DNA of 63,903 nucleotides, the filler included, from Salisapilia sapeloensis CBS 127946 (lineage: Eukaryota > Protista > Oomycota), in assembly GCA_023334545.1 (NCBI GenBank). It is 7 parts of 7 records of this genome, joined end to end, with 100 filler letters (N's around TTAATTAATTAA, not from the genome) between each part and the next. Parts side by side here need not be neighbours in the genome. Positions count along the whole stretch, not along the records: positions 1 to 17,692 come from JAADVB010000336.1; positions 17,793 to 24,156 come from JAADVB010000567.1; 5 more parts are not named here. One strand, 5' to 3'. Below are positions 10,704 to 21,464 of the stretch, in pieces. Position 1 is the first letter of the stretch; the number at the start of each line of letters is the position of its first letter. Under the pieces are notes generated by a model. It saw nothing but the letters and a program-made list of their open reading frames with translations. It searched no databases and was not told where the DNA came from. Both the position numbers and the translations under genes were made by a program.

Positions 10704-11760
10704 TCATTTGTCGATAGACTTCTTCGTTGTGCTAACATTGATGCCAGTATCTGCTATTGAGCTCTTCATCGTTTTGTCTTGGATTCTCTGCAGATCAAGC
10801 AATACGGTAACATTCATTTCTTGCAAGTGTCCTTTGCTAAATATCAATCCGTGCTGCACCAGAAAGAAACTCGTGTGTAACATGATAAATTCAACGCAAG
10901 GTCTACATGACTAGCAGAGAGCGGGTATTGGTATACGAATGCGACGATAAAGCGAGAGAGTCGCACGAGCTTTAAGTCGTCTAAAGTAAAAACATACATG
11001 AAGACAGATGAGGACATAAGCCAATAGAAACCTGAACAGAATGGCATTAGACTAGATGGATATTTTAGATGTCGTGCTCAATCTTATCCACATACTTGTA
11101 GGTACAACTTGCTCCTTTGGTGTCATCCATCAACAATCTATTTAATACGTGTCAGCGATGCAAAAAAGGGATTGCACCTAAACGACCACTTCTGTGGCCG
11201 TGAATGTATCACCATTAACTCTGAGTTGAATGTATCCTTCCCGTGGGTTGAAAGTGTATATTGCTGTACTTGGATTTAATCTGTGTCCAACAGTACGAGC
11301 CGCTATCTGATTCTTCACTGTGTACCCAGAAGAAACTGTTTAAAGGTACAAGTCGCTATGTTAAGTGAACATCCGTCCGTCATTCTGCTTTCATCCCTAC
11401 GGAAGCTGTTCCAGTTGAGGTTTATAACTGTGTAAACCTTCGTATGCATTAGACTCCGCTGGCAAAGATGAATCGGAAGTCGTAGCAGTTGGATAATCAA
11501 CTTCTATCAATGTCTAGTGGAAACCTGCAGCTTGGTTCCCACTTAAGCAACTAAAAAAGTTGGTCATGCTATCATTCGATCTACTTACGCATGCATTGGC
11601 AGCGCAATTGTGTCGCAGCCGATTCCAACCGGTGAACACCATGGCGAGCCTTCTCTCACCAAATACTGCTTCCAGAAACTTTAAAGGGAAGGACCGATTC
11701 GAAGACAATGGTGTGAGTGTTTCCATCAGGACCACAGATCCATTCTTTTCTCAGGTGAAC
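10704..11760 (-). pseudogene. Possible degraded M96-like (START-like) gene
   Basis: Fragments VHLRKEWICGPDGNTHTIVFESVLPFKVSGSSIW* and TVKNQIAARTVGHR...REGYIQL resemble the LPF...W and RRYVE blocks of the M96-like gene at 46057; in-frame stops; boundaries approximate. Confidence 0.3.
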
Positions 11761-12001
11761 GTAGCACCATCCTGCTACAAAGTCAACTAGTCATGATTTC
11801 TAAAATCCTGCTTATTAAATTCGAGCATGCTTCAGCTTGCGTGATATGTACAGCATGTAGAGGATACAGCAGTATCTGCATGTTTTATAACGTAGTACAT
11901 TGTCTCTGCCTTTACACCAAGCAGTAACCCATTATGAATAAAGCAAGCCCACTCCTCCTTAATACTCTTTTCATGCTCGTACATTCAAATTATCCTCACG
12001 C

Positions 12002-14527
12002 TCACGCAATGGCTGAAGCCGCCGCTGCATCAGTCGTCTCACCTGCCTCCTGCTCATCGTTCTCTTCATCGTCACTGTCTCCAATCGTAAAGACGCCGAC
12101 AAACGACTTCTTCCGTTCCACTTGACCCCCCTCCTTGACCTCCTCCGTCGTCTCTCCTTTTAACTCTTCCGCCGAGTTCGAACCATGATCACTTCCGACA
12201 TCCTCTGCCGTCTCAGACGACGATCGGTCCTGTCCAGCTTCATCCGCACTCTCGGCACCACTCGTCCCACGCCTCCACCCCATCCAACTATACCCTGGGA
12301 GTTTGACATCCGCCAGCTTCGACCGAACACTGACTTCCGACAGCCTGCTCTTCACATTCGTCAAAGACGATCGAGACAGAGTCAATGACTTGCGACCACC
12401 TGCCAAAGCAGCGCTTCCACTCGTCTGCAGCGCTTCCTTTAGATGGGACGACCCAGAGCTCGGATTGAACGAACTGGTGGAAAAGATCGATGCATCGCCT
12501 TCCCCACCATTCACGAGCATCGTGGTGGTCTTGGGCATGGCACCCTTCTTCCGCTTCCCCTTCACTGTCTGCTTCATAGGGTCTTGTCCAGTGGCTAAGA
12601 TCGTATCGTATCGACAGTAGTGACATTCCGGACCAACGTGACTCAGCAGCTCATCCGGAGAGCATCCAGGCTTGTCTCGCATGTACGCATGCCACGCAGC
12701 ATACCCTCCATCCAAGACACTAACGTATCGGAAGCCTTGCTTCTGGAAAACTAACGCAGCTCGATTGAGCAGATCTGTATCTAGGCGCACAGCATCTCGA
12801 ACACTCGTCTTCGTCTCGTCTTCACTGGCTAATGTCGGTGGAATGCCAACACCATTGCCTACGAGCACTACATGTGCTCGACCTTTCATGGCGTTGAAGG
12901 CTTCAAAGCCACGTGCCAAGGCATCAGGAGAATCAAACGTCGCTGGGTCCATGGTAAAAGCAGTTGGGATACGACCACTCTTCACGTCATCGGAACTACG
13001 CAACGCTCTACAGTCAACGACGAAGAAGGCTAGGTCTGCACGTTCGTGCGCAGACTTTTTTGTTCCCATGACATCGTCTGCTACTTCTTGTACACCGACT
13101 GGTAAAGCGAATGGTTGTGGCGGAGGACCTGTCTTCCTCGCATTCGGATGCTCCCATTGTGTCTTGCCAGTCTTTTTATGATACCAAAACGTTTTCCCAC
13201 CGAGAGACTTGGACTCCTTCCGTTCCCATTGAGACATGTCAACTTCTTTTAGTCCGTCCGTCTGATCGTCTGGAGACAAGAGCACGCCGTTGATGTCTGA
13301 AAGACCAAATGAGAGGTCTGTCGTGATGCGAGAAGCACTCTTATTCGATACAGGAGACGTGTGTTCATCATGTAGAATGCATCGGTAGCTCTGAGGCGTT
13401 CGTGTGTGTAGATACGCTGCTAAGACACACAAGCTTTTGGTTTCTTCTTCCGACGAGAATGCTGATGCGAGTTTCTTCTGCACTGTCAAACGTAACTCTT
13501 CTTCATTTGTACAAGCCAGGAGACTGTCTCGAGAGCCGATGAGAGCAGCTACTAGTAAAAAGAGAGAGAAGAGAGAGTCTTGTGTTAAGAGGTATTGGTC
13601 CATGATGTAGACCATCATACGAGGATGCACGAGCTCATGGAGCTCTCCAGTAAAGTAAGCGGATGGGAAAATCTCTTGGTCCGGATCTTCCCAGTCACTT
13701 GACAGGTACTGGACAAGGACATGAGCGAGATCCGGGTCGTGGTAGCACACGAGCAATTCGCTTAAATACTGCTTTTCCGTCCGCTGGATCTGGTCAATGC
13801 TGAATGACGATGGGCTTTCGTCATCTGATGCAGTTTCATCCTCCATGCCATTCGCTTCGGCGTTACTGACTACTTCTCTACCGTCTGATAGCTCAGCAGT
13901 CATCACTTGAGGTAGAAAGGAGGCACAATATTGATAAAAGCAGTCGTAAATGGTAGGCAAGGAGAGTTCGAGGATGAAAAACGGAGCCACGACACTTGCC
14001 ATACCAGGTACATACCGCATGGACTTGGTGGTAAGGAACCACATGAGTAGAATCTCTGCATCTTTCTGTATCGTTCTGGCTGATTTGGATGGCGATGCGA
14101 GTAAAGTGCCGACCTCTTGGCATTCCATCGCGAGTTGAGGGTCCTTGGGTAGTTTCTCTAGACGAGCGATCATACGGTCAAAGTCCTGTGCAGAGGAACC
14201 TTGGTGGGTACGCTTGTAGACGTGTAAAAGGACTTGCCAAATCTCACTTCGCAGCTCCTGCAGCTCGTCCGGGATAGAAGGAGACGGTGAATGGACGAGT
14301 AGATTTCGGACTTCTTCAATACCAGGCCTTCGAGTGATGGTGATGCCTGTGGATGGTGCTAACGGAAGCGTGGTAGAAGACGAAAAGAGCTGTAAGAGCT
14401 CTTCGGCTTGCGACTTACGTTCTTGTTTCGACTTGGAGCTCCAGTCTCGAAGCGCATGCCGCTCGAGGATCTGAGCTAGCGCCTTTGTGCGTCGAGGGGA
14501 GACTTGTGCTGACTCGGATTCAGTCAT
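12002..14527 (-). CDS. TBC1D23: TBC1D23-like protein: TBC domain + WW + rhodanese-like + acidic tail
   Basis: RSEIWQVLL, IQKDAE, YVPGM, CYHDPDLA (TBC); WERKES...FWYHKKTGKTQWEHP (WW); FFVVDCR...YVSVLDGGYAAWH (rhodanese); 841-aa single ORF. Confidence 0.85.
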   Translation of the reverse strand: MTESESAQVSPRRTKALAQILERHALRDWSSKSKQERKSQAEELLQLFSSSTTLPLAPSTGITITRRPGIEEVRNLLVHSPSPSIPDELQELRSEIWQVLLHVYKRTHQGSSAQDFDRMIARLEKLPKDPQLAMECQEVGTLLASPSKSARTIQKDAEILLMWFLTTKSMRYVPGMASVVAPFFILELSLPTIYDCFYQYCASFLPQVMTAELSDGREVVSNAEANGMEDETASDDESPSSFSIDQIQRTEKQYLSELLVCYHDPDLAHVLVQYLSSDWEDPDQEIFPSAYFTGELHELVHPRMMVYIMDQYLLTQDSLFSLFLLVAALIGSRDSLLACTNEEELRLTVQKKLASAFSSEEETKSLCVLAAYLHTRTPQSYRCILHDEHTSPVSNKSASRITTDLSFGLSDINGVLLSPDDQTDGLKEVDMSQWERKESKSLGGKTFWYHKKTGKTQWEHPNARKTGPPPQPFALPVGVQEVADDVMGTKKSAHERADLAFFVVDCRALRSSDDVKSGRIPTAFTMDPATFDSPDALARGFEAFNAMKGRAHVVLVGNGVGIPPTLASEDETKTSVRDAVRLDTDLLNRAALVFQKQGFRYVSVLDGGYAAWHAYMRDKPGCSPDELLSHVGPECHYCRYDTILATGQDPMKQTVKGKRKKGAMPKTTTMLVNGGEGDASIFSTSSFNPSSGSSHLKEALQTSGSAALAGGRKSLTLSRSSLTNVKSRLSEVSVRSKLADVKLPGYSWMGWRRGTSGAESADEAGQDRSSSETAEDVGSDHGSNSAEELKGETTEEVKEGGQVERKKSFVGVFTIGDSDDEENDEQEAGETTDAAAASAIA

Positions 14528-15239
14528 CGGCTGCAGGTGTCAACAGGAGAAGTGAAAGGAGATCGAGGACACGTCCGAGGATTTGGTTTAGCTGTTCGTC
14601 CCACTGATAACAAATTGTGATTTAAAAGACTACGAATTAAATAAAAATAGCCTAAAATACTCATAAATATCGGTATTTGGTTACATATAAAACGTAAATT
14701 GCTCTTAAAGTTTGCTAACGAAAATAATTCGGAGCGAATGATCATGAAACGGTCGGAACCAGATCTGAGTTCAGGGGAATGGAGAGAGAGATCGCGTGGA
14801 GAGGAACATTGGCATGGATGTACAAGACTAAAGATACAATTATAAAAAGAATGGTGGATGCTGGTGAGGTTGGAAGCGTTAGCAGTATTCGGGTTGAAAT
14901 TACGTCGGCTTCAATTTTCCTCTTCAATGACAACACGGACGAACGACACGGCATCTTTCGTTTTTACTTTGCTCGCTTCTGATCAAATGCAACATCTGCT
15001 ACAGCTTACTACCACACTTCGACATTTATTTCAAAGAATCGAGGATTTAAACGTGCAACGTTACTTTTGTTGTTTCCACATCCAATCTCTTTTCACTACG
15101 CTTCTAGTCGCAGCATGCACTACGCTCCATACTTGCAGTACAATTTGTATGCAAATAGCAATGGCACTACTCGACTGACAACGAAGAGTAAGACTCGTAA
15201 AGACAGATCAAAGTAGTAGTCGATTCGCATAAGTTAGTC

Positions 15240-17211
15240 CTAATCCGTTAAAAGAGCTCTTGTTTCATTAGTGGGGTGTTGATCGTCAATATCACATGCG
15301 TCCGGGAAAGCTGAATCTCTTCGCGTTTTCTGTGACATCGTCTGCTCTTCACATCCATGCGCCAAAGGTAAGAAAAAGTAGAAGAGGACTGTTGGTGCCG
15401 CCAAAATGCAGACGACGACAGTATAATCGCCTTGAAACACTTCTTGCGCAAGTGGATTGAGCAAGTAATTCAACAATCCGAATGCAAACGAGACACTTGC
15501 GAGACATGCCTGAAGTGTTCCATACAGCTCTGCTGGGAAGCAGATCACTATCAAGTAGATTAGTACGAGGAGCCTCCTATGCGAAGTTAAAATGTACTAA
15601 TGTAGGCGAATTGAAGTGCGTAGACACAACTCTGCGCCATTGCAAAGACGACAAAAGCGAATACTTGGACATTGGCATTTGGAATCAATAATAGACCGAG
15701 AAACAATTGTATCAGGAGTAGTCCACCAGCAAACACTGGTTTAAATCCAAAGTGGTCGATGACAAAACCAACGATCGGGGAGTAGATAAATGTCCCGTTG
15801 ACAATGAGCGGGTATAATACATCAGTGTACAGCGCGACGCTGGTAGATGTAGATGTGTACTGAGATAGGAGAGAAGGTAGAGCACCGCCTGCAAAGGCAA
15901 AGACAAGCGACTGCCACCCAAAGTAGAGGCAAAAGAATATAAAGTCAGGACGCTTGACTTCAACCATCATACTAGCAAGAAGTCCTCTAGGAAGCTACAC
16001 CTTAAAGTTAGTACCTGCTGAATGCTAGCATAGATGACCGTACTTGGATTGAAGGCATTTCCCACTTTAAGGCTGGGATTTGAAGGTGGTCTTGGGGCAC
16101 TGTAACGCCGTTTGTCGGGAAGACCAGGAAGCAAATCAAAAGGCATATCGATGCCCATATACTAAGGAGCGTCAATGCGATGAACAGAGTATACAGAAAG
16201 CAAGCGGTCTTACCCATAAGCTGTAAAGAAAGTCTCTTTTGACACACCATCGAAACGTAGAGCCATATAGACGTAGCCAGAGCAATTAAACAGACTGGAC
16301 ATGATACTACAGACTGCTCCTTGCGTTTCAAATAAATGTAAAAGCTGGAAGGAGGCCATAAAGGCGCCCATGCCTCCCATACCAATCAAGGAATAACCAA
16401 TAATTAGCTCAACACCAGCCCCAGCCCCGGTCGAATCGCCGGCAGCAAAGAGCAAGTTGCCAATCAGAGATAGCAGTAAGCCTGCAACAGCAGTCCATCT
16501 TGGTCCAACTAAGTCCAAGAGTAGTCCAAAGACTGCATTTGCTACGCTTAGGCATAAGAAGGCCGTAGCGAAGACGAACTGAAGATGGATTTCTTGTTGT
16601 GGACACGACTTTGAAGTACCATGATCAGAGTAGGATGACGGGCAAAGCTCTTTCCACTGCTCTTCATCGACAAGAGTGGAATAAACCGGTCCGAAACTAT
16701 CATGATGTTTTCAGACAGCGTATAGTTGAAAGAAGTAGGATACATACCCCAATATAAGCCCACCAGAGGTTGTTAGGACGACAAATGCTGCTAGTATGAA
16801 GACAGCTTCTTTACTAAGGTAGATCCTTTTATCCGTGTCGTGCTCTGCTTCATCGCTTTCAGTAAAGCCAATCATACCTGGGTCATGATAGCTAGTGAGG
16901 TCATTCCGACTATTTCCGTAATTGCTCCCAGCAAAGCCATGCTCTCGACTATCGTTATCAGGAGACAGAAGCATGCCAACGAGGGATTGAGTACTTGCAT
17001 TGGCACTTGCTCGGCGGAGCAATGCTCCACGTGATACAGTCAAGGACATGCTTCGATTCCGATCTCCTCCACTCATTCCATCACACCGGACACCACCTGG
17101 TGCTGACCGAGGGCTTCCATACGAGTACCTTCGATCATGAGGTAAAATAATCTCTCCATAGTCATTAGAGCTCACGGAGGCTATGCGAAGAGGTACGAAC
17201 TGCCGTGGCAT
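15240..17211 (-). CDS. SLC43 (LAT3/Fmp42-like) MFS transporter, multi-exon
   Basis: Spliced GGLILG|FGPVYSTLVDEEQWKELC...CPQQEIHLQFVF...GLLLDLVGPR; later exons SSLFNCSGYVY, SPIVGFVIDHFG, FPAELYGTLQ. Confidence 0.88.
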
Positions 17212-17551
17212 GTCGTTCCGATTTTTGCTGTCGTGAAGTTGTGTCAAACGGTCCAGCTGTTTATAGCCATCATATACTGAACCCTAATAGAATTAACTTC
17301 AACTAGCTGTACCATGCTAGTGCCGTTTTATTCGATGATCGTAATATGCGAATGGTGAGCACGCACACTCTTGGCTGTCGCGCTGGATGTGCCTCTTCGT
17401 CGAAATATCCGACCGATATCTAGTGTGTGTAAGATCCAGCATGGAATTGTAGTAGCGACAAGGTGGTCAAATTGTTGAAAGTAGAGATCGAGATGGTATT
17501 GAGATGAACGTGCGGAAGAATCGGTTGAAATTTCACTTTGCCTTTGAAGTA

Positions 17552-17692
17552 TAATTTACATGTAGACAGTTCGTGGCTATCTAGAGTGATGTAGTTGTTG
17601 GGCATTAAGTAGGGTAGTGGCGTCGAGCATTAGATGTAGTTGGAAGGAACCATGCGAGGCCGTTTGACCAGGTGACCGCTGAGCTCGTCACC
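17552..17692 (-). repeat. Right arm of the contig-1 141-bp inverted repeat (contains the same ORF tail at 17630-17692)
   Basis: Exact reverse complement of 1-141. Confidence 0.97.
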
Positions 17693-17792
17693 NNNNNNNN
17701 NNNNNNNNNNNNNNNNNNNNNNNNNNNNNNNNNNNNTTAATTAATTAANNNNNNNNNNNNNNNNNNNNNNNNNNNNNNNNNNNNNNNNNNNN
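17693..17792. other. Artificial contig linker N44-TTAATTAATTAA-N44
   Basis: Six-frame stop spacer; same linker recurs five more times. Confidence 0.99.
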
Positions 17793-17921
17793 TTTGACAA
17801 CGAGCGCTGGAATATTGTGGATATTAGCAAATTGGGGGTTGTGTGCTCGTACTGCCCTCGCGGATTGAGCGAGAGCGTTTGGTTGGAAGGCATGCGTGCA
17901 TTCGAAGCATCGAAAAAGTGA
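17793..17921 (+). CDS. MDP1: Magnesium-dependent phosphatase 1 (HAD-IIIC), 3' end, copy 1
   Basis: FDNERWNIVDISKLGVVCSYCPRGLSESVWLEGMRAFEASKK* matches the recalled MDP1 C-terminus FDDERRNIVDVSKLGVTC...G...GL..F; missed by the ORF track because it lacks a start. Confidence 0.85.
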   Translation, partial: FDNERWNIVDISKLGVVCSYCPRGLSESVWLEGMRAFEASKK

Positions 17922-17933
17922 CTCCGTTTCGAC
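17793..17933 (+). repeat. Left arm of exact 141-bp inverted repeat bounding contig 2
   Basis: Exact reverse complement of 24016-24156; mismatch at 17934/24015. Confidence 0.97.
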
Positions 17934-18002
17934 CCCAGCCATCATATTCTGGGGAAGAGGCGTGGACGAAGACAGCTCAACTAGGGTTTGCTGAAATGAA
18001 GT

Positions 18003-18038
18003 CGTCGTCGGAAAAGAAACCTCTTGGACTTTGTATAC
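18003..18038 (+). repeat. Conserved 36-bp block, copy 1
   Basis: CGTCGTCGGAAAAGAAACCTCTTGGACTTTGTATAC; 32/36 identical to the reverse complement of 23913-23948. Confidence 0.85.
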
Positions 18039-18435
18039 TCATAGACGGCTTTATTTGTTTTCGACTACTCAAACCCTCCAGCATACTTGCAGACTTTACC
18101 CTTTCTATCTTGGTTTGGTAAATAACACTCACACATGACAACGTGCCTATTACCTCTTGTATGAAGATTGTGTAAATCTATGAAAAATATTCTGACCTGC
18201 ATGTCACTTGGTTTCCTCTCGCTTCGCTGTGTCTGGTCATTAATGTCTCCGCCTATCTCAGCAACCAACACGCGACTGCATTTCCTAATCAATCACATCT
18301 TTCGACGCTACTGGAGACAGTCTTTTTATGCATTCTCTTATCCGAAGACGGAGACGTGTAACGCCTGTACAGCCAATCGTCAAGTCAGTGCTCCGACGAC
18401 GACAAGGCTGAGCAGGGACGCAAGCATCAAGCTTG

Positions 18436-18451
18436 TCATTTTCGAATTTGC
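18436..18451 (+). promoter_or_regulatory. INR+FPR core promoter of the first ZIP gene
   Basis: TCATTTTCGAATTTGC, a close match to TCATTYYNCAWTTT, about 35-50 nt before the ATG at 18487. Confidence 0.65.
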
Positions 18452-18486
18452 AGCCTCGGCACACCGAAACTCCAGTCAAGCGAATC

Positions 18487-19386
18487 ATGCAAAGTGTTGA
18501 TACATTCAAGACGGTGGCCCTTATCGTCATTTGGCTCATGGCCATCATCTGTGGCTTGGCACCCATTTACATTGCATCACGTCATCAGTCTGCTAGGGCG
18601 AAATATGCGCTGGACCTCATGAGTGCAGCTACCGGTGGCGTCTTCCTAGCTGGTGGATTCTTGCATCTTCTCACCGATGCGCTTGGAAATGAAGGTCTGA
18701 TCGGATGGGGCGATGACTTCCCATATGCCCAGCTCTTCTGCACCGTTGGCTTCCTTCTCGTGCTTATTATCGAGCAGTCTGCTTTGTCATACATGCAACA
18801 AAACAACAGCGACCCCACATCAACCAACTCGGCCAAAAGCGAGAATTTTCATGAAGTGGGTACTCCCGCAGGTCACGATGCGGAAGTTGGTCATGCCGAA
18901 GCACGAGAGCATTCTCATCTTCCAGTAAAGCAGGCCGGTTCTCTCGCAGTTGCTGTCAGTCTGTTTCTTGCACTAAGCTTCCACTCTGTCCTTGCTGGAT
19001 TGGGCCTCGGCGCACAGACGGAGGAAGCATGGGATGTCTTTATCGCCATCATTGCCCACAAAGGTCTTGCTGCTTTTGCGCTAGGAACCGAGTTGGTGGA
19101 AACGCGTGCACCGACGAGACGTGTGTTCATCCTAATGGTCCTCTTCTCCCTCATGACGGTCATTGGTATCATTATCGGGTGGAGCATCTCAAAAGACGGA
19201 GAAGGAAGCGCGGCGTTGGGTGTATGTACAGCTCTTTCGGCTGGCGCGTTCATTTATGTTGCGGTCATGGAAGTCATCCCAAAGCAGTTTGCTCGCGACG
19301 GTAGCTCCAACCCTCACATTGCGTCGAAGACGATCGCACTGCTACTTGGCTATGGCATCTTTGGCATGCTCGCGTTATGGGTGTAG
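18487..19386 (+). CDS. ZIP (SLC39) zinc/iron transporter, subfamily II-like
   Basis: GGVFLAGGFLHLL, His loop, HSVLAGLGLG, HKGLAAFALG, GAFIYVAVMEVI; the ORF-track start at 18433 is TTG. Confidence 0.93.
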   Translation: MQSVDTFKTVALIVIWLMAIICGLAPIYIASRHQSARAKYALDLMSAATGGVFLAGGFLHLLTDALGNEGLIGWGDDFPYAQLFCTVGFLLVLIIEQSALSYMQQNNSDPTSTNSAKSENFHEVGTPAGHDAEVGHAEAREHSHLPVKQAGSLAVAVSLFLALSFHSVLAGLGLGAQTEEAWDVFIAIIAHKGLAAFALGTELVETRAPTRRVFILMVLFSLMTVIGIIIGWSISKDGEGSAALGVCTALSAGAFIYVAVMEVIPKQFARDGSSNPHIASKTIALLLGYGIFGMLALWV

Positions 19387-21464
19387 ATAAAACAAACGTA
19401 AATACAGTCTTGACACAAGCGTTTTGTGATGTGAAAGGCTGAATACATGAAGGTTTATGCTTTAACTTTTTGTTTCAGAGTATGACTAGCAGATAGCAAG
19501 ACTTTACTTGAGTTTGCGGTGATATAGTTTCATCTGTACCTGCACCTTTGCAGCATTTAAAGTTATTGACTTTGGATAGAAAGAACTTACCTATTCAGTA
19601 TAAAGCTGAATTCAATTGTAAGTCAACGTGTTAAGTGTCTCCTAAACAAAGGATTCGTTTATAAAGGCATACAAGAGTGATATTGTACGTGCCAATATCT
19701 ATGCAAGACTTGGCGATGCTTACACACATTCATCCCATCGAATCCATACTCTTTACAAAATATCTGATCTAGCTTTTTACTGAGTCTAGTCTTTGAACCA
19801 AAGCGAAAACTAGGTGAGCAAGACTACAATCAAAAGTTGTTGTCCAGACCGTAAGGAAAGCACTAGTTTGACTCAACATTTAGAGTTCAGATTTTGATTG
19901 GGTTGAACTCATGAGCAACAAATTAGGATTGAACTGTGGATACAAAGATTAGAGCGAGAAACTGGCTAGTTGAGCGTATATACTTATTGTGTTAGTAGTT
20001 ATGCCTAGTTTCAACGATAAATGGCATCGAAAGCGGGTATACAGAATTAACGAAAATGCCGATGGTGAGACGTAAGTATGAGCGTGGGCCATAGTGTGGC
20101 TGGTTACTAAACCAAGAGATATTACTAAATAATGACTGTGAATAATAAATGAAAGGGACCAGCAAAACTCATTTAGGTTTTAATTTCGAGTAAAAGAGCA
20201 AACGTCGAGCGTGTGAAGTATTTGGTTTGTGGAAGGCTCAAACACGAATTGAACATTCCAACAAACTCTCCTACGCTTTAATACCTCTGCACATCTTGTG
20301 AAAAAGCCAGTACTTTAGTTCATTTTGCGCATCCCATTCGGGCTACACAAAAAGAAAAATGAATTCATAAGTATTTTCAAGATGTACTTTTATTGCGCTA
20401 AACTAATTATTAATTTATCGGAAAAGCGAAATATCAGCAAGCTAATTCGTTCTTAAAACGAGATAATTGCTAGGTTCCCATAGAAATGTGCTTCAAGTGG
20501 TAACAGTCCAAACTCATTGCTTGGTAGTGCAATCCCTTAGTTATCCCAAATTGACTGAAGCCTACAGCAACAAGACTAGAACAGGCTTAACAAAGCAAAG
20601 GATAACAACCACGCATCGCGATCGTCGTTTGGTATGTTGGCAACTACTGCATCGCTCTGGACAATCTCAGAGTACTAGATTCCACGACACTCAAGACTAC
20701 TTTGTATGGAGATGGTATCTAGACATCAAATGGAAAGTGGTTGTCCTTCAGCAAAGCCAAGAACTCTTCGCCAACAAGCATGACGCTTTATGCGTAAATA
20801 CTCAACACTCTAGTTACCTTCAGACATGCTAGTATGTTGCACCACGCTGGCTTAGAATCTTAGATAACCTGCACGCATACTATCTCACAGAACCGTCTGA
20901 TGATCGCAATCTGCTTGCACATGAGCGGCTAAATACTTCCTTTGAAATGACTAGTCTCTCGTAGGGCTAAACGCACTCAAATGTGTCGACATCTATCAAA
21001 GCCACTGCACAAGCCCTGTCGTCTTTATCGACTATAAATCGTCTCCGACATGTTGACATTCCGACGTCACTATAAATCGTGACGGCATTGAGTAACCATA
21101 ACATGATGGATGATCATATTGTCTAGAATTCGTTCATTCCATCTTGGCCGTGCATCTACTCGGCGAAAATCGGAATCAGACTGAAGTACTATTATCGAGC
21201 ATGGCGTAAAACCAACGGCCATTATCATTTAAATCTGATAACCATAAGAACGTTTACGGAGGAAGTCAAGGTTTTGATCTTGTGTCACTCCATTTTTGCT
21301 CATGGACGCTTAGGTAATAACAACAAACGTGCTTTCGCATAATCAACTACAATTAACAACCTGCTTAGAAGCAAACTTTGTGTATTGGACGGCATCCAAG
21401 CATATCTACAGCCAAAGGCAGGCACAGCTAGATCAGCTGAACAATAGCTCATATTATAGATCGT

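Noticed and set aside
1-17692. Contigs 1, 2 and 4 as linear plasmids, Polinton/virus genomes or DNA transposons with 141-bp TIRs
   Set aside because: No transposase, integrase, polymerase or capsid gene; cargo is ordinary intron-containing nuclear genes; the 141-bp length matches an assembler k-mer; the repeats overlap host coding sequence.
17693-17792. TTAATTAATTAA flanked by N runs, six times, as a biological repeat or CRISPR-like array
   Set aside because: Identical 44+12+44 structure; a standard six-frame-stop concatenation linker. No adjacency across linkers can be interpreted.
17745-17945. ORF-track peptides in the contig-2 repeats (MMAGVETES..., MLVLPSRIER..., and their mirrors at 23903-24204)
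   Set aside because: Antisense or alternative frames of the MDP1 tail; some run into Ns.
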